A DNA stretch of 33,289 nucleotides, from positions 1 through 33,289 of the forward strand of contig JAUWMD010000002.1 of NCBI GenBank assembly GCA_030613345.1, given 5' to 3'. Position numbers and translations under genes: made by a program. Positions 8,918 to 17,568 of the stretch are shown here, in pieces; the first letter of the stretch is position 1; the number at the start of each line of letters is the position of its first letter. The notes below the pieces were generated by a model. The model worked only from the letters and a program-made list of their open reading frames with translations, made no database searches and was not told the origin of the DNA. This DNA comes from Candidatus Krumholzibacteriota bacterium. GTDB taxonomy: Bacteria; Krumholzibacteriota; Krumholzibacteriia; Krumholzibacteriales; Krumholzibacteriaceae.

Positions 8918-9586
8918 TCATCTAGGCCTGAATCCGATCGTTACGCGTACCCACATTGACGTGGGAACGCCTCTTATTTCGCCCGGAATAAACTTGTATC
9001 GGCGTGCGGCCTCGATGGCGGTCCTGTTGAGCGACTCCTGCCGCATCCCCTTGGCCAGCCTGATCTCCTCTACCTCACCCTGTACGTTGACGAAGAGAAG
9101 CAGCTCGACTCCTCCGTTGATCTCTCCGTTGATATCGTCGGGGATGGTGGGGAGTGAGATGTTTATCGGTTTCGGCTCGACCGTGGTGAGCCTCGGTCCG
9201 GGCCTTCCGTCACTTCCGCCGCTCCTGCTGCCGCTCTGTATCGGATCGATCGTCAGTGAGGGCTCGCCGAGCTCCTCGATGAACGATCTCTCGCGGTCCT
9301 CCTCCTCCGTGTCCGAGGGCTGCTCCTCGACGATGACGGCCTGGGGAAAATCGGGATAGGGGATGAGGGAGAACGGCCTGTTGATGTAAACAAAATCGGA
9401 TGTTCCTTCATCGCCGGGCGGCTTCGTCCGCAAGACCTCGAGATATTCGAGTTTGAAGAAAGCGAAGATGGCGAGGTGTACGAGGAGGGTAGCCCCGATT
9501 ATCAGAAGCCAGCCCTTCCTGGTCCTGGAGTGACTGTGAAAGGGTCTCTTTCTACGGGAAGCTTCAGTTGCGTCAGGACTGGACAT
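8918..9586 (-). CDS. TonB-family energy transducer-like protein
   Basis: The layout is an N-terminal TM helix (GWLLIIGATLLVHLAIFAFF), an acidic/Pro-rich linker, then a TonB C-terminal fold block (GGVELLLFVNVQGEVEEIRLAKG...SLNRTAIEAARRYKFIPGEIRGVPTSMWVRVTIGF). Confidence 0.75.
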   Translation of the reverse strand: MSSPDATEASRRKRPFHSHSRTRKGWLLIIGATLLVHLAIFAFFKLEYLEVLRTKPPGDEGTSDFVYINRPFSLIPYPDFPQAVIVEEQPSDTEEEDRERSFIEELGEPSLTIDPIQSGSRSGGSDGRPGPRLTTVEPKPINISLPTIPDDINGEINGGVELLLFVNVQGEVEEIRLAKGMRQESLNRTAIEAARRYKFIPGEIRGVPTSMWVRVTIGFRPR

Positions 9587-9689
9587 ATAGCCGTCTTTTC
9601 GGGAGAATCCCTTTTTCAGTTATCATTCTCACATGTATTAGTATATTATCTCGAGGGAATGCTGGCAAGAGACCAGGGCGGCTGACTTC

Positions 9690-10322
9690 ATGAGAAGGAT
9701 CGAGCGTAGAGATATCACGGTGCCAAACGTCCTGACGGTGCTCAGGATGTTGATGGCGTTAGCAGCTGCGTTTCTGCTGGTCTCCGGAAACGGCCAAAAG
9801 GCGGTCGCCGCCTCGCTTATACTCGTGGCAATGCTCCTCGATTATTTCGACGGTTGGTACGCGAGGAAGTTCCGCCAGACGACCAGCCTCGGCGCCCATC
9901 TCGACCCCTTCGCCGACAAGGTGATGATCACCGTACTCTTCATCGCGCTGGTTCTCGAGCTGCGGTCTCCATGGTTCACATTCTTCGTATGCGTAATCCT
10001 CGCGAGGGAACTGGTTATAACGATATATCGCTGGAGGGTCCACGAGAGGTCCGGAACGCTCATCCCGGCGAGTCCACTCGGGAAGATCAAGACAGTCGTA
10101 CAATGTATTGTGGGCGGCTCGCTGATCTTTTATATTTATTTATACCCGGGTATGATACCGGAAAACCACCGGATGATATTCGTCGCCATGCTGTTGACGA
10201 CGTTCATCACCGTCGATTCGGGCCTGAAGTATGTACTGCCGAGCTGCAGTGACGGAAAGAAGCGGTCTGTGATAGAACGGTTGATGCAACATGTCTTCGG
10301 AGTGGGCGCAAGGGAGGTATGA
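9690..10322 (+). CDS. CDP-alcohol phosphatidyltransferase family protein (PgsA-like)
   Basis: It carries a perfect D-x2-D-G-x2-A-R-x8-G-x3-D-x3-D motif (DYFDGWYARKFRQTTSLGAHLDPFADK) and is a multi-pass membrane protein. Confidence 0.85.
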   Translation: MRRIERRDITVPNVLTVLRMLMALAAAFLLVSGNGQKAVAASLILVAMLLDYFDGWYARKFRQTTSLGAHLDPFADKVMITVLFIALVLELRSPWFTFFVCVILARELVITIYRWRVHERSGTLIPASPLGKIKTVVQCIVGGSLIFYIYLYPGMIPENHRMIFVAMLLTTFITVDSGLKYVLPSCSDGKKRSVIERLMQHVFGVGAREV

Positions 10323-10323
10323 T

Positions 10324-10848
10324 TTGAACATCTACGATGCGATAAGGAACCGGGTCAGCACACGGGCATACCTGCCCGATCCCGTCGAAGAAGAAAAGCT
10401 GGAAAGGATACTGGAAGCGGCCAGGCTGGCGCCGTCGGGAAAGAACGGACAGCCGTGGACATTCATAGTGATCACTGATGCCGATACCCGTGAAAGGCTC
10501 GTTCCTGCCTGCAAGAACCAGAAGTTCGTGGGCGAAGCCCCCGTAGTAGTGGCGGTATGCGGCCGGGAAGAGCTCGCATACCAGAAGATGGGTGGTTACT
10601 GGAACAGCCTGCCCGTTGATATCGGGATAGCCCTCGAACATCTCATGCTTGCCGCCGAGGCCGAGGGGCTCGGGACCTGCTGGATAGGAGCATTTGCGGA
10701 AGAAGAAGTAAGGGAGATACTCGAGGTACCCGCCGAGGTCAAGATCCTGGCCCTTACTCCTGTGGGTTATCCGGCGGTAGATAAGGTATTCCGCAAGAGG
10801 AAGCCGCTCGACGAGATCGTGATGAAGGAGAAGTGGGAGAAGAGATGA
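10324..10848 (+). CDS. Nitroreductase-family flavoprotein
   Basis: Motifs are IRNRVSTRAY, LEAARLAPSGKNGQPWTFIVI and GTCWIGAF. The TTG start at 10324 has GGGAGG 7 nt upstream. The tracked ATG at 10291 would overlap the upstream gene by 32 nt, so the start is uncertain. Confidence 0.85.
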   Translation: MNIYDAIRNRVSTRAYLPDPVEEEKLERILEAARLAPSGKNGQPWTFIVITDADTRERLVPACKNQKFVGEAPVVVAVCGREELAYQKMGGYWNSLPVDIGIALEHLMLAAEAEGLGTCWIGAFAEEEVREILEVPAEVKILALTPVGYPAVDKVFRKRKPLDEIVMKEKWEKR

Positions 10849-11270
10849 TGAAGAGATGCCTGAGAACATCGCTTATCCTCCTGATGACAGGTACCTTCGT
10901 ATCCGCCACACAGGCGGCGCTTGCCAGGCCGGGAAGCCCGGAAGGTGAAGGATCCGGCGGGAGCTGCTTCACAGAAAACAGCATGCTCGACCTGTCAGGT
11001 CTGGCCGTCGACACAAGTGCTCTACTGCCGGCGACGGTCAGCCTTTCGGCAGCAGCGGCGGCCGATACGTTCGAGACCTACGAGATAGAGCTGGAGGATG
11101 AAGGCAAAAAGGGGATCAACTACAAGGCCATCATCGGGTTAACGTTAGCCGCAGCGTTTATCGGCTATGCGCTCTATATCATGCTCGTTCCCGACGAAGA
11201 GGAGGAGACACCGGATATTCCGGGCAAGGAGCCTCCAATCGCTCTGATCACGATCCCGTTCGGGGGATGA
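10845..11270 (+). CDS. Hypothetical signal-peptide protein with a C-terminal TM anchor and acidic tail
   Basis: MMKRCLRTSLILLMTGTFVSATQAALA is a signal peptide, and a late TM helix (IIGLTLAAAFIGYALYIMLV) is followed by PDEEEE. The ATG overlaps the nitroreductase stop (ATGA). I recognise no family motif. Confidence 0.5.
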   Translation: MMKRCLRTSLILLMTGTFVSATQAALARPGSPEGEGSGGSCFTENSMLDLSGLAVDTSALLPATVSLSAAAAADTFETYEIELEDEGKKGINYKAIIGLTLAAAFIGYALYIMLVPDEEEETPDIPGKEPPIALITIPFGG

Positions 11271-13260
11271 TCTTGAATGACCTCTTCCCGAACACCCTGA
11301 ATCCTGCCACCAGATCCTCGATCTCGAGCATGAACATGTACATTCCAGGTTCGAGCGAGCTCGCATCCAGCATCATGGCATCCGAAGTCGCGGTCGCGTC
11401 TGTACTCTGCTCGATCGAGCTCAATATGTAGACATGCGGCTCCGGTCTCGAATCGCGGACGCTGGCAGTGATCCAGGCCCATGTCCCGGACGGGCCGTCC
11501 CGACCAGATGACGAGGTGACACTCCAGGTCAGCCTGTATCGTGCGAGGTTCTCCTCGTTCCTCTTCAGATTGTAGATCTCGTAGGAGATGCAGAGTGAGG
11601 ATCCGGTCTCGTACGAAGGCAGCGGATCTACCAGGGCTGTGCAGGTACCATCCTCATCCTGCAGGGAGAACCTGATCCCGCTGAGCGAGAGATGGCCTCC
11701 GCTGAGATCGAGTATGGTCAACGGGCTCCTGTACACTGCCCTGCCCGGCGGTCTCCCGCCGATGATCTCCAGAGCGAAGCTGCTTTCCAGCTGAAGAGGG
11801 GGCAACTCGATGCTGAATGGAAAAACGCACCAAACGACCGAGGTCTTCTCGAAACGATGCAGTGTATCGGGATCGAAGAAGATCTTCTCCGTGAGAAAAA
11901 TTTTCCAGTCGTTGTCGAACAGGGTGAAGTCCAGTTCGTACTCCGCGTCCCGGAAGTCGAGAGTAGAGTCGGGTATCGCCAGCGCCAGGTCGACGCGCGT
12001 TTCGTCTCCCGTTCCCCTGAACTGCACGTTCTCGACACTGACAGGCATGTATCCGTACTCGATGGGGAATGTATACATCTGCTTGATGTTCTGCAGGATT
12101 CCCTCGGTTATCATCGCGTAGTCATGGAACCTGGGGTCGATCGGAATGTGATAGTTACCGCTCAGGAACTCGTCCTGGAAGAAGAGAAGGAACATCTTGT
12201 CGCCGTGGATATATGTCCACACCACGAATGACCCGTCAAGCCCCGAGCCGATGTCGAGGAGGATGGACGGCGGCAGACCGTAGCTGACGAGCGCCCTTCC
12301 GCGGGCTGTCTCGATCCCATCGAGGCCGAGTCTCTCGTTGGTCAGCAGCGACTCTGTCAGAAAGATCCTGATGTAATGCTCGAACCTGCGTTCGTTGAGG
12401 GCGGTCGCCGGAGTGGGATCGTTCATGATCCAGAACTTACGGTTGAAATCGGCGCGGTTCCTCTCGTCGAAATTCTGGTAGGCGTCTCTTTCGTCAATGG
12501 GGAGAAGGAGGGAGACGTCCTCGTACATGTACCTCGTCTCTCCGTCCATCAATGCCAGGGCTGATTCGAATTCAGCCCCGGCCGTCTCGAACCTCGTCCT
12601 GTGCAGGGCGACGCATGCGGAGAGAAGCCGGAATCTGTATGACTCGGGATAATACTCCGCGCCTGTGCGGGCGCAGCCGGCGCACACGTCGAACCGTTCC
12701 TTCAGATAATTGAGCAGCCCGAGATCGAAGAGGGTCTCCTCGTGTCTTCCGTATATGTTGTTCGCCCTGCGGTAATACTTTATCGCGTCGTCGAGGCGCC
12801 TGTCCGAGCACATGTTCTTCAGGTAGAGGTCTTTCTCGATCCGCCCCCTGTGATACCACGCCTGAAAGCATCCCGGATCGAGGTCTATAGCCCGCTCGAG
12901 CGACCTGCAGGCCGACCCTGTGAACTGTCTTGCGTAGAGGGTCAGCCCCCGTTCGACGTGATAAGAGGGATTGTCGGGATCGAGCTCGATAGCCCTGTCG
13001 ATCGCATTCATCGACCTGAGTCTCGATTCGGGAGTCCCCGCCGCGCGATAGCATACGGCAAGCATGCGGAAGAGCTCCGGGTCGTCCGCCTCTGCCCGCA
13101 GAGCCTTCTCGAGGGCCATGATCGTGTCGGCAGCGCATTCCCTCAGCTCGAAGTCGTAAGTATCGATGAAATCGTCATCCAGTGTAGGCGGATGCATTCC
13201 GCTGCACGAAACGGCGAGGAATAAGGCGATAATCGAGATTGCGAGCAGAGACCTCGGCAA
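11248..13260 (-). CDS. TPR-repeat lipoprotein with a (degenerate) GWxTD domain
   Basis: It has a lipoprotein signal (LLAISIIALFLAVSCSG) followed by TPR-like repeats. The GWxTD-family core is FWIMNDPTPATALNERRFEHYIRI ... GIETARGRALVSYGLPPS ... FVVWTY ... FLLFFQDEFLSGNYHI. The tracked GTG start is at 13293. I prefer the in-frame TTG at 13260, which has GGTGGAGG 6 nt upstream and lies downstream of the promoter at 13301-13327. Confidence 0.75.
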   Translation of the reverse strand: MPRSLLAISIIALFLAVSCSGMHPPTLDDDFIDTYDFELRECAADTIMALEKALRAEADDPELFRMLAVCYRAAGTPESRLRSMNAIDRAIELDPDNPSYHVERGLTLYARQFTGSACRSLERAIDLDPGCFQAWYHRGRIEKDLYLKNMCSDRRLDDAIKYYRRANNIYGRHEETLFDLGLLNYLKERFDVCAGCARTGAEYYPESYRFRLLSACVALHRTRFETAGAEFESALALMDGETRYMYEDVSLLLPIDERDAYQNFDERNRADFNRKFWIMNDPTPATALNERRFEHYIRIFLTESLLTNERLGLDGIETARGRALVSYGLPPSILLDIGSGLDGSFVVWTYIHGDKMFLLFFQDEFLSGNYHIPIDPRFHDYAMITEGILQNIKQMYTFPIEYGYMPVSVENVQFRGTGDETRVDLALAIPDSTLDFRDAEYELDFTLFDNDWKIFLTEKIFFDPDTLHRFEKTSVVWCVFPFSIELPPLQLESSFALEIIGGRPPGRAVYRSPLTILDLSGGHLSLSGIRFSLQDEDGTCTALVDPLPSYETGSSLCISYEIYNLKRNEENLARYRLTWSVTSSSGRDGPSGTWAWITASVRDSRPEPHVYILSSIEQSTDATATSDAMMLDASSLEPGMYMFMLEIEDLVAGFRVFGKRSFKIIPRTGS

Positions 13261-13300
13261 CGGAATACCTCCACCGGTGGGCTTCCGGGACACTTTAAAT

Positions 13301-13327
13301 ATTATATCACAATGTGTTAGAGGTCAA
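13301..13327 (-). promoter_or_regulatory. Extended -10 promoter for the GWxTD gene
   Basis: The minus strand reads TTGACC (13327-13322), a 15-nt spacer, then TGaTATAAT (13309-13301). Confidence 0.5.
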
Positions 13328-13434
13328 GCGGGCCGGGAGGGTGTCCGGTGGGCTTTCCCGGATTTCGAGGGAACGATAATTGCTTGTAATTCATCGGAAT
13401 AGTACGCTTTGAAACGCTGCAGAGGTAGAGTCAG

Positions 13435-14886
13435 ATGACCGAGATGCTGCTCGAAACACTTCCTGCCGGATTCAGGAAGCTCGAAGCCATGGTCCACAGC
13501 CTGGCGAGACTCCTGATGCAGAGGAATCTTTTCCCCGATTCTCATCCGTCTGTGAAGAACGCACTCGATGGTTTCATGGAGTCACTCGGCTCGCTCATCG
13601 ATAACAGGACTTCCGTGGTGCTGAGGGTAAGAGATGGATCGATACGACTGCTCAACTTCGAGGTCGACATCACCGACACGAATGACAACGCTGTTCATTT
13701 TCTGAGGAGAGCGCTGGACGGTCTCTCGATCGGGGAGATCGAGTTCTTTTCAGGGATCGGACCGGACGAGGCCCTGGCGTTTGTCGAGATCGCGGCCGCG
13801 AGCATCAGGCGCGATACGTCGATAGATCTGCCGGCGATATGGCGCCGTATAGAGAAGATCAGGATCAGGCATTCGATTGACGGAAACGACGATACCGCAC
13901 CGAAAGAACGTCTTCCCGTTGAGCCCGGCAGGAAAGAGGGCGAGCGCCTGGGGGTTGAGTCTCCCGAGGGAGTGAGTGCCGTGTCCCGCATGATCAGCGG
14001 AGTGCTCAGCAGGCTGGCCAAGATCAGCTCGGACGAGAGCGGCAGGGCGGGAAGGATGATCATTGAAACGGTCGAGCGTGAGGGCGGCAGCAGCACGACA
14101 TTACTTCTCCTCAAGTCGCTGAAGGAATACGACGACTATACGTTCGATCATTCGATCAATGTCGCAGTTATCTCCGCGGCGATTGCGCGGCGGATTGGAT
14201 ACAGCGAAGAGGAAACGGGGCGGATAGGTTCGGCCGCGATCATGCACGACATCGGGAAACTCTATGTCCCGCGCGAGATAATCCACAAGGAGGGCAAGCT
14301 GTCTCCCACCGAATGGCAGAAGGTCAAGCGCCATCCCGTGGACGGTGAGAGAATTCTCCGCGAAGAGGGATTGGATGTACTCGCCCGTCGTGTAGCGTAC
14401 GAGCACCACATGCGCTTCGATATGAAGGGGTATCCGATGCCGAAGCCGGGCGAGAATTGCCTCGAGGCGAGCAACATAGTGAGGATAGCGGATACGTATG
14501 ATGCACTGACGACGAAGCGGCCGTACAGGAAACAGATCAGCCCTTTCGAGGCTCTCAAGCTGATGGAGAGGGGGAGAGGAACAGAATTCCACCCGGTATA
14601 TTTCGATTTATTCCTCGGTGTGATGGGGAATGTTCCTATCGGGAGTGTCCTGGTCCTCGAGACCGGGGAGAGGGTCGTGGTCGTAGAGATCGGCGCCAAT
14701 GGGAGACTGCCCAGAGCAAGGATTATCTCCGACAGCTACGGCAACGAGATAAAGGACGGCCCCGTCATCGATCTCGGCGAAACCGATCCCGAGACGGGAG
14801 CGTCGAAATACAGGGTGGACAGCATTTCGGACAGTCCGGTCAGGAATGTCGACATAGGCAAGTATATCACGGTAAGCGGTGACTGA
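13435..14886 (+). CDS. HD-GYP domain protein (putative cyclic-di-GMP phosphodiesterase) with an unknown N-terminal domain
   Basis: HD superfamily ligands are HSINVAV, MHDIGK and KRHPVDGE, with a variant HD-GYP signature YEHHMRFDMKGYP. Roughly 230 aa at the N-terminus carry no motif I recognise. Confidence 0.8.
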   Translation: MTEMLLETLPAGFRKLEAMVHSLARLLMQRNLFPDSHPSVKNALDGFMESLGSLIDNRTSVVLRVRDGSIRLLNFEVDITDTNDNAVHFLRRALDGLSIGEIEFFSGIGPDEALAFVEIAAASIRRDTSIDLPAIWRRIEKIRIRHSIDGNDDTAPKERLPVEPGRKEGERLGVESPEGVSAVSRMISGVLSRLAKISSDESGRAGRMIIETVEREGGSSTTLLLLKSLKEYDDYTFDHSINVAVISAAIARRIGYSEEETGRIGSAAIMHDIGKLYVPREIIHKEGKLSPTEWQKVKRHPVDGERILREEGLDVLARRVAYEHHMRFDMKGYPMPKPGENCLEASNIVRIADTYDALTTKRPYRKQISPFEALKLMERGRGTEFHPVYFDLFLGVMGNVPIGSVLVLETGERVVVVEIGANGRLPRARIISDSYGNEIKDGPVIDLGETDPETGASKYRVDSISDSPVRNVDIGKYITVSGD

Positions 14887-14904
14887 ACCCGGAAGAAGAT
14901 AAAA

Positions 14905-14945
14905 GCCCAGGACGATCATCCTCACGTGCGATGATCATCCCGGGC
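14905..14945. terminator. Bidirectional hairpin between convergent genes
   Basis: GCCCAGGACGATCATC (14905-14920), a 9-nt loop, then GATGATCATCCCGGGC (14930-14945). This gives a 16-bp stem with 2 mismatches, flanked by AAAA on the left and CATCATTT on the right. Confidence 0.6.
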
Positions 14946-14969
14946 GTCATCATTTCAGCCTGCAGAGTC

Positions 14970-15365
14970 CTAGAGCGTCCCGGTCTTTCCGATCTGCTTG
15001 ATCTTTCCGAATGCGGTCCAGGTGTAGGCGACCTTGTCGGACTTGGAATATATGACGAATTCTACCGATTTGCCGTCCTTGAGTGCGGTGTTCGTCCTTG
15101 CAAGAAAATCCTCTCCGTCCGTGACCGTGATCCAGCCTCTGGGCGCGAATACGTCGACTATCGCCGCTTCGGGGTCGATGAGCCTCAGAGCATAAACATT
15201 GTTGCCGGATGCCGTTATCCGGACTCTCACCATGAACAGGCCATCATCCATCGGAGTGACGCTTTTGGTGATCCTTGGCGCCGCGGCCATTACGGAATGA
15301 CCGGCGATCGCCATGAGCAGTACGGCGACGGAAACAACTATCGCTCTCTTCCTTAGTGTGGACAT
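14970..15365 (-). CDS. Small secreted hypothetical protein (131 aa)
   Basis: It has a signal peptide (AIVVSVAVLLMAIAGHSVMAAAP), a beta-rich mature part, GGGAG 8 nt upstream of the ATG, and a strong promoter at 15449-15477. Confidence 0.6.
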   Translation of the reverse strand: MSTLRKRAIVVSVAVLLMAIAGHSVMAAAPRITKSVTPMDDGLFMVRVRITASGNNVYALRLIDPEAAIVDVFAPRGWITVTDGEDFLARTNTALKDGKSVEFVIYSKSDKVAYTWTAFGKIKQIGKTGTL

Positions 15366-15448
15366 CTTATTTACTCCCTTTTTGTTACCAGCGATGCTTG
15401 ATTTAGAGCGTGAGCGAAAACGCTCAATACCTTGCCCTGCATATGAAT

Positions 15449-15477
15449 ATTATACCATATTAAAATATCCGTGTCGA
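15449..15477 (-). promoter_or_regulatory. Extended -10 promoter for the 131-aa secreted protein gene
   Basis: The minus strand reads TCGACA (15477-15472), a 17-nt spacer, then TGgTATAAT (15457-15449). Confidence 0.55.
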
Positions 15478-15491
15478 GAGGCTAAAATCAT

Positions 15492-15519
15492 TTGAGGCGG
15501 GGGGAATCACTGGTATTAT
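15492..15519 (+). promoter_or_regulatory. Extended -10 promoter candidate for the receiver-domain gene
   Basis: TTGAGG (15492-15497), a 16-nt spacer, then TGgTATTAT (15511-15519), about 90 nt upstream of the ATG at 15613. Confidence 0.4.
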
Positions 15520-15612
15520 GGCATGTAACTTTCACGTAAGGTGCATGTGAACGGACAGGGATGCGATTCCGGGAGAAACGAAACTCTATATATTTTGGTG
15601 TAAAGGACTTAC

Positions 15613-15984
15613 ATGCCTAATAAGATTATGATCGTAGATGACGAAATGCATCTTGCACGTATACTGCAATTCACACTCGAACATGAAGGCTATGATGTTG
15701 TAACGGCTTTTGATGGCAAGGAAGCACTGGATCTCCTCGAGCGTGAGGCGCCCGACCTGGTGATCCTCGACCTGATGCTCCCCATCGTGGATGGCTACAA
15801 GATCTGCAATATAATAAAAAACGGAGACAGGTTCAGGGATACCCCCGTGATCATACTCTCCGCCAGAGACTTCGGCAGGGAAGAGCTCGACGAGCCGCTG
15901 AACGCGGATCTACTCATGGGAAAGCCCTTCAACACAGAGCATCTGCTCGGCGAAATATCGAGACTTTTGGGGATAGAAGCCTAG
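15613..15984 (+). CDS. Stand-alone response regulator receiver (CheY-like)
   Basis: It has the acidic pocket IVDDE, the phospho-acceptor context DLVILDLMLP, ILSA and GKPF, and no output domain. Confidence 0.9.
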   Translation: MPNKIMIVDDEMHLARILQFTLEHEGYDVVTAFDGKEALDLLEREAPDLVILDLMLPIVDGYKICNIIKNGDRFRDTPVIILSARDFGREELDEPLNADLLMGKPFNTEHLLGEISRLLGIEA

Positions 15985-16616
15985 ACGGGCTGCATGAACA
16001 GCGCATCATCGGTTCCGCTGCTGCCGGCTGATTCACCCTCACGGCCTGCGGAATCCACACATATACGCAGCTTTTTCTCCCCGATCATATTTTCGATGGA
16101 GGCCCTTGCTTCACCGGCTCCCGGGCCGGAGAGGGCGGTGAGACTCTTCTCGAGAGTGGCTATCTCATGCTTCTCTCTCTCACGGGTCTCGTGGACGACG
16201 ATATTCCACTTCGCTTCAAACTCGCCGAAGGGTCCTGATTCGCGGGTCTCGGGCGTTTCGGGGTATCTGTTCTCGGCCGCCTTTCTCAGGCCGGTCATTA
16301 CGATGCCGAGCGGGACGAACATCTTCGAGGTGATCATCCTGGAAAGGAACCAGAAAGACGCGATGACGACTGCAACGAATCCGGTCGTGTTGATGACGAG
16401 AATGGACTTGAGTTTCGTCACGATAGGTGCAAGCTCCGGAAACTGCGTAGCAACAGCCGTTTCGCTCGATAAGAGGGCGAAGTAGAAAGACATGCCGAAC
16501 GCGAACGCCACTGCGCTGGAACTCAATAGTACGATCAGTCCGCTTCGCATCCTGATCCCTGAAGTCATCTCGTCAGAATAGACATAACCTTTAGTCATTT
16601 CATCACTAACAGGCAT
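15981..16616 (-). CDS. Two-TM membrane protein with a HAMP-like linker and coiled coil, no output domain
   Basis: The two TM helices are LIVLLSSSAVAFAFGMSFYFALL and VINTTGFVAVVIASFWFL. A HAMP-like segment follows (FVPLGIVMTGLRKAAENRYPE...GPFGEFEAKWNIVV). The start is set at the ATG at 16616, which has GGGGAG 6 nt upstream. The tracked ORF extends to 16679. Confidence 0.55.
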   Translation of the reverse strand: MPVSDEMTKGYVYSDEMTSGIRMRSGLIVLLSSSAVAFAFGMSFYFALLSSETAVATQFPELAPIVTKLKSILVINTTGFVAVVIASFWFLSRMITSKMFVPLGIVMTGLRKAAENRYPETPETRESGPFGEFEAKWNIVVHETREREKHEIATLEKSLTALSGPGAGEARASIENMIGEKKLRICVDSAGREGESAGSSGTDDALFMQPV

Positions 16617-16720
16617 TTCAAACTCCCCGTTATACAGCGCCGGAAGAAATGGCACGATTTGCCATGATCCGAGGCTCACCGTTCCGACTGCATATTATCA
16701 ATAAATGTGCCAGAAGAGGC

Positions 16721-17491
16721 CTAACGGGGGGACAGGAAGTATTCTATCGCCGCCTGCAACTCGTCCGTGTCGATCGTCGTATCTGTGCATGGTCCTTCGG
16801 GACGGGTGTTCGGAATGCCTATTACAGGGATCTTCGGAGCTACGTCCTGAATCCCGGCGATAAGGTCCCGTTCGCACGCCACAGCTACGATGGCTCCGGG
16901 AGAGGTGTCGTTTATGATCTTTCTCGCCTCCGTCCCGCCGGGGGCCGTATGAAGCCTGACCTCTTCGTAGCCCGAACAGATCTCCCTGGCCTTCGAACGT
17001 ATGTCTGCCCGAAGGCATCGTGGAAAGAGGACGAGGACCGGCCCCGGCCCCTTGCCTGGGGCGGCCAGCTCATTCGAGACACGGATGAACGAATGGCTCA
17101 GCCTGTCCCTGGAGATTCCCACCGATGCCGCCAGCCTCGTGACGAAGGGGAGCATGATGAAAAACAGCCTGCTCCCGCGCGTGAGACAGATGTTCATGTA
17201 GCGTTTGTTCCAGATCACCGCGGCGACGAGCACCACATACCAGACAACGAGGAAGAGAGCGGCCGCGCCGAGGAGGCCGGTGATTACGAGTCCCCATAAC
17301 CAGCCGAAAGATTCGAAGCGCGGCATTACGAGGTACCAGAACAGCAGGACGATCATGATGAACAGTGCGAGAACGACGAGAGAAAGGTAGAGAAACGTAC
17401 TCCTGCTCTCCGACGTATCTTTTTCCTTCTGCCTGCCGTCCCAGTCGAGCCACTCGTCCCCGAGCACCCTTTTCTTTCCATCTTCAGCCAT
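16721..17491 (-). CDS. DUF116-family membrane protein
   Basis: Three N-terminal TM helices are followed by the DUF116-like block LVLFPRCLRA...APGGTEARKII...AIVAVACERDLIAGIQDV..IPVIGIPNTRPEGPCTDTTID. Confidence 0.6.
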   Translation of the reverse strand: MAEDGKKRVLGDEWLDWDGRQKEKDTSESRSTFLYLSLVVLALFIMIVLLFWYLVMPRFESFGWLWGLVITGLLGAAALFLVVWYVVLVAAVIWNKRYMNICLTRGSRLFFIMLPFVTRLAASVGISRDRLSHSFIRVSNELAAPGKGPGPVLVLFPRCLRADIRSKAREICSGYEEVRLHTAPGGTEARKIINDTSPGAIVAVACERDLIAGIQDVAPKIPVIGIPNTRPEGPCTDTTIDTDELQAAIEYFLSPR

Positions 17492-17568
17492 ATCAGGTTC
17501 CGCCGATGTTAATAATCTTTTCAGAATGTACCGGAATGAGGTTTAATCTTCAACAGGATTAACCCGGT

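Noticed and set aside
16648-16662. TGGCACGATTTGCCA, resembling a sigma54 -24/-12 element
   Set aside because: The GG-to-GC spacing is 2 nt too short relative to TGGCACG-N4-TTGC. The element lies inside or next to a minus-strand gene start, with no plus-strand gene downstream.
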